A stretch of DNA of 43,347 nt from a virus, in IMG/VR virus record IMGVR_UViG_3300022231_000013, positions 1 through 43,347 of that record. The stretch is one strand, 5' to 3'. Position 1 is the stretch's first letter. Each line of letters begins with the position of its first letter. Shown here piece by piece: positions 40,715 to 43,347 of this stretch. The notes beneath the pieces are model-generated. The model had not been told where the DNA came from. It made no database searches and was given only the letters and a program-made list of their open reading frames with translations. The position numbers and the translations under genes are program-made.

Positions 40715-40800
40715 TGGACTTCTTTTCGTTTATGGAGCAAACCGCACAAGTCAAACATCTTGTGCTGCTCGCCATTTTTATCATGGTGTGGTGCAAATGA
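40714..40800 (+). CDS. small membrane peptide (28 aa, MDFFSFMEQTAQVKHLVLLAIFIMVWCK)
   Basis: TGATG overlap upstream and ATGA overlap downstream; read by hand. Confidence 0.35.
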   Translation: MDFFSFMEQTAQVKHLVLLAIFIMVWCK

Positions 40801-41057
40801 TCGGCGAATACATCAAGAGCTACGATCCCGCCATCCACGCGTGGCGCAAACGATCGGACGCGGAAGCATTCGCCCTGTTCCTCGCCGGGGAACTGTTGCT
40901 CAATCCGAAAGGAGTGCAGGTGGACAAGGACGGCAAAACTTATCGCGTCCACATACCCCTCATTTCGGTGTATTGGGAAGCGAAGGACACCGATCCGGCC
41001 ACTTGGCACGGCGCACTCGCTGAACTGAAACAGAGCAGGCCAACATGGCTCGGATGA
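40797..41057 (+). CDS. hypothetical protein (86 aa)
   Basis: ATG at 40797 overlaps the preceding TGA; the track start at 40788 is a GTG codon. Confidence 0.55.
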   Translation: MIGEYIKSYDPAIHAWRKRSDAEAFALFLAGELLLNPKGVQVDKDGKTYRVHIPLISVYWEAKDTDPATWHGALAELKQSRPTWLG

Positions 41058-41257
41058 AGTTCTCCCCCTCTGATCTAACGATCCGGGACCCTTCGCGGGG
41101 TCCCAATAAAGAATGGTCGTGTGTCGTCGTATTCGAGGCTATCGATCAACAAGGACCGTTCTGCCAGTCGTTTGGCCGCACGGAACACGAAGCGAGACTG
41201 CGTGCCTCGTATCTTTGTCACGCGCTTAACAAGGTGGAATTTAATGTCGAAGAATGA
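41045..41257 (+). CDS. hypothetical protein (70 aa)
   Basis: ORF track; 13-nt overlap with the upstream gene. Confidence 0.55.
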   Translation: MARMKFSPSDLTIRDPSRGPNKEWSCVVVFEAIDQQGPFCQSFGRTEHEARLRASYLCHALNKVEFNVEE

Positions 41258-41657
41258 CGATACCGCGATGGAGTACAACCCGTTCATGGCCGCGCAGCAG
41301 ACCGTGTCTCACCTGCAGGATCGGTTCAGTGCGCTGCTCACGCTGACGGGCGACATGAACGTCAGCCTTAACAAGGACCAGCGCCTCAGCGTTCTGGAAT
41401 CGATGATGTCGGCTACGGCGTCGGCGTTGCCGCATATCGCCGAGAGCCTGAATCAGGGCATTCGCTTGCTTAGCCAGCAGGAAGCGCGTATGACCAGCAT
41501 TCACGACGATCTGATGAAGCTGGCCAAGGGCGTCAATGGTTTCGTCGAAGAAGTCAACGACCACCTCGGCATGAAGGCCCCCGAACCGGAACCGGCTAAA
41601 CCAAATCCGGAAGAAGGTCCGGTTATCCAGCGTATTCGCAAGATCAGCCGCACGTAA
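41244..41657 (+). CDS. hypothetical helical protein (137 aa)
   Basis: ATG at 41244 (MSKNDDTAMEYNPF...); the upstream part of the track ORF overlaps the previous gene. Confidence 0.55.
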   Translation: MSKNDDTAMEYNPFMAAQQTVSHLQDRFSALLTLTGDMNVSLNKDQRLSVLESMMSATASALPHIAESLNQGIRLLSQQEARMTSIHDDLMKLAKGVNGFVEEVNDHLGMKAPEPEPAKPNPEEGPVIQRIRKISRT

Positions 41658-41663
41658 GCGGTA

Positions 41664-41692
41664 TTGACAACGTTACGGGGCCGTGGTAAAGT
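41664..41692 (+). promoter_or_regulatory. sigma70-type promoter
   Basis: TTGACA (41664-41669), 17 nt ending GTGG, TAAAGT (41687-41692). An 8-bp dyad, 41675-41682 / 41693-41700. Confidence 0.6.
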
Positions 41693-41728
41693 GGTCCCGT
41701 AATCAAGTCCAACACAGGAGACACGGAC

Positions 41729-42208
41729 ATGAAGGGTAAGAAAATCTCGGTTTGCAGCTGCGAAAATTCGACGGCTGACAACGCATTCGAAACGGCCATG
41801 GGCTTCATCGAACTGATGCAGATGCGCAAGATGTGCGAGAAGCAGATGCTCGCCGCCGCGTTGGTGGTAATTACCGTGACCACGCAGCTCGTCGAAGTTG
41901 TAGTCGATGCACATGCCCGCGTCGATTACGACGCCAATCCGGGCGACATGGTCGATATGCTCACCGCCTTTGCTAGCTCGCAGGAGTTCGCGACGGGGCA
42001 GAAGGCCGAGGTCAAGAAGACGATGGACGACTACGTCGGCAGCAACCCCGATGCTCGCACGAGGGTCAACGCTCTGTACGACGCCGCCCGCGCGTCGGTG
42101 CCGGGTTTCACGGAAATGAAGGAGCGCGTCAACGAACACATGGCGAGCGTTGACCCGATTTCGCAGCTGCTCGCCGCCATCCTGAACTCCGCGTCGAAGC
42201 CCCATTGA
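41729..42208 (+). CDS. hypothetical early protein (159 aa)
   Basis: RBS ACAGGAGA; ORF track. Confidence 0.65.
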   Translation: MKGKKISVCSCENSTADNAFETAMGFIELMQMRKMCEKQMLAAALVVITVTTQLVEVVVDAHARVDYDANPGDMVDMLTAFASSQEFATGQKAEVKKTMDDYVGSNPDARTRVNALYDAARASVPGFTEMKERVNEHMASVDPISQLLAAILNSASKPH

Positions 42209-42233
42209 CACCCCGAATCACCTGTGGTATAAT
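42205..42233 (+). promoter_or_regulatory. sigma70-type promoter (perfect TTGACA-17-TATAAT)
   Basis: TTGACA (42205-42210, containing the upstream TGA stop), 17 nt ending GTGG, TATAAT (42228-42233). Followed by the leader hairpin CGGGGGTGA / TCACCCCCG at 42245-42265. Confidence 0.7.
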
Positions 42234-42287
42234 GTAAACATGATCGGGGGTGATGGTCACCCCCGAACTCATTAACGGAGACAGGGA

Positions 42288-43304
42288 ATGCCGATCACCA
42301 TCCACCACACCACCAAAAAGAGCGCCGAAAAACAGGGCGTCCTGCTCGAAGTTGACGGCTCGACTGTCCGCGCGTTCATTCCGAAGAACGGCACGGCTGT
42401 TTTCGGCGTATCGGGGCAGGATGCACTCAAGCAGGTGCTCGCAGCGCAGGAATTGTTCACCAAGTCCAGCGAAAACGTGCGTTACCGCCACGGCGACGAT
42501 CCGAAAATTCGTGGCAAGTTGGAAAAGAACGGTAAGACAGGGAATGCCGAGCCGTCGATCACGGAAGGCACACCGGTCGAGCTGCTCGCCCTCTGGGAAG
42601 CCGGGACGATCGAATGGGATGACGCTCCGGTTACGATTGACTGGGACGAAAAGCTGATCGTCGACAACATCGAGGACACGCTGCCGGACGGCGGACCCAA
42701 CTCTGGTTTCGTTGAGGACGAACACCCCAAGGAACCGGCTGTAGACAGCCGCCCCGTCATCAGGCGCGCTGAGAACGGCGTGGCTCTGGACGGCGCTGTC
42801 GCCTATCGCGAGGGCATCACGGCGGCGGACTGCCCGTATTCCTCTGAGACCGACGACGAGGAAGAATACGCCAACTTCGAGCGCTGGAACGAAGAATGGG
42901 ACGCCGCCGCAGACGCCGCCGAGGAAGAAGAGTCGGAAGGCAAAGGCGGCTCGGTGGTCAAGTCCAAGTACCGCGAAAAGTACAAAGAACTCGGCCACCC
43001 GACCCATTGCGGCGACTGGCTGGCGGAACTGCTCAACAACTACTGCATCGGCGACAAGAACACCGATCTGGAGACGTTCGAGCGCATCTGCAGCCTGAAC
43101 GGCGTCGACACCAGCAAGTACCGCCGCGAGGGCGTCGGTTGGCAGGGGCGCATTCGGATGACGGGCCGCAATCTGCTCGCTAAGCGCGTGTTTTCGGCGG
43201 GTAAGATCACCGTGCCGAACACGGATGGCGGGGAACCCATCACGCTCGACGCTCCTGCCGACTGGATGGCTGCGCAACGTTACAACAAGCCCGAGACGAA
43301 GTGA
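42288..43304 (+). CDS. paralog-family protein 3 (338 aa) with Rmf-like CPY motif and an acidic linker
   Basis: AYREGITAADCPYSSE...FERWNEEWDAA (Rmf-like). C-terminal GSVVKSKYREKYKE...DWLAELL...FERICSLNGVD...GWQGRIRMTGRNLLAKRV. Confidence 0.75.
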   Translation: MPITIHHTTKKSAEKQGVLLEVDGSTVRAFIPKNGTAVFGVSGQDALKQVLAAQELFTKSSENVRYRHGDDPKIRGKLEKNGKTGNAEPSITEGTPVELLALWEAGTIEWDDAPVTIDWDEKLIVDNIEDTLPDGGPNSGFVEDEHPKEPAVDSRPVIRRAENGVALDGAVAYREGITAADCPYSSETDDEEEYANFERWNEEWDAAADAAEEEESEGKGGSVVKSKYREKYKELGHPTHCGDWLAELLNNYCIGDKNTDLETFERICSLNGVDTSKYRREGVGWQGRIRMTGRNLLAKRVFSAGKITVPNTDGGEPITLDAPADWMAAQRYNKPETK

Positions 43305-43347
43305 TGGACACCGGCCTGATCTGGTACGCAATTTACGGAGTGGCGGG
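43304..43347. repeat. terminal direct repeat, right copy
   Basis: exact 44-nt copy of nt 1-44; indicates a circular assembly overlap or a short DTR. Confidence 0.95.

Noticed and set aside
42129-43331. 400-aa minus-strand ORF
   Set aside because: It lies antisense to the 42288-43304 gene. That gene has a perfect promoter, an RBS and paralogs, whereas the minus product is Arg/Val-rich junk.
1-43347. Lysogeny, phage RNA polymerase, DNA methyltransferase and tRNA genes
   Set aside because: I looked for integrase, repressor, excisionase, single-subunit RNAP and methylase motifs in all ORFs of 60 aa or more and found none. Absence is by eye only.

Overview
The window is a complete, terminally redundant dsDNA phage genome of about 43.3 kb; the first 44 nt are identical to the last 44 nt. 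Gene content is podovirus-like: portal, scaffold, SU10/HK97-type capsid, fibres and four large ejection or internal virion proteins, with no sheath, tube or tape-measure genes.

Layout:
- Plus-strand early block at 35.2-43.3 kb. It continues through the repeat into 1-13.65 kb, with many small early genes followed by a replication and nucleotide-metabolism module.
- Minus-strand block running from 34.9 kb down to 13.5 kb: a homing HNH, three small genes, terS-HNH-terL, portal, scaffold, capsid, an embedded lysis cassette, tail and fibres, then ejection proteins.

I saw no integrase, repressor, phage RNA polymerase, tRNA or CRISPR array. Transcription appears to rely on at least 16 near-consensus host-type promoters (TTGAC[AG]-17-TAnAnT, often preceded by GC or TGG). 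This fits an alphaproteobacterial housekeeping sigma factor.

Main result: a translationally chained purZ-mazZ-datZ operon plus a divergent family-A polymerase predicts a 2-aminoadenine (Z-base) genome.

Other observations:
- Three apparent frameshifts, all at CCCC runs. They are either homopolymer errors or recoding.
- A three-member paralog family sharing a G(W)xGRxRMTxG domain.
- A promoter-to-terminator unit of about 95 nt with no ORF, a candidate sRNA.
- A structured 300-nt non-coding stretch between two terminators.
- A 48-bp inverted repeat with GTACGCC iterons; the same motif recurs upstream of the primase promoter.
- Promoters whose -10 box sits in the loop of dyad symmetries.
- Two visibly low-GC HNH genes.
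- Virion-borne peptidase-like domains.

All calls come from reading the sequence and the ORF track. No database search, alignment program or GC calculation was run.
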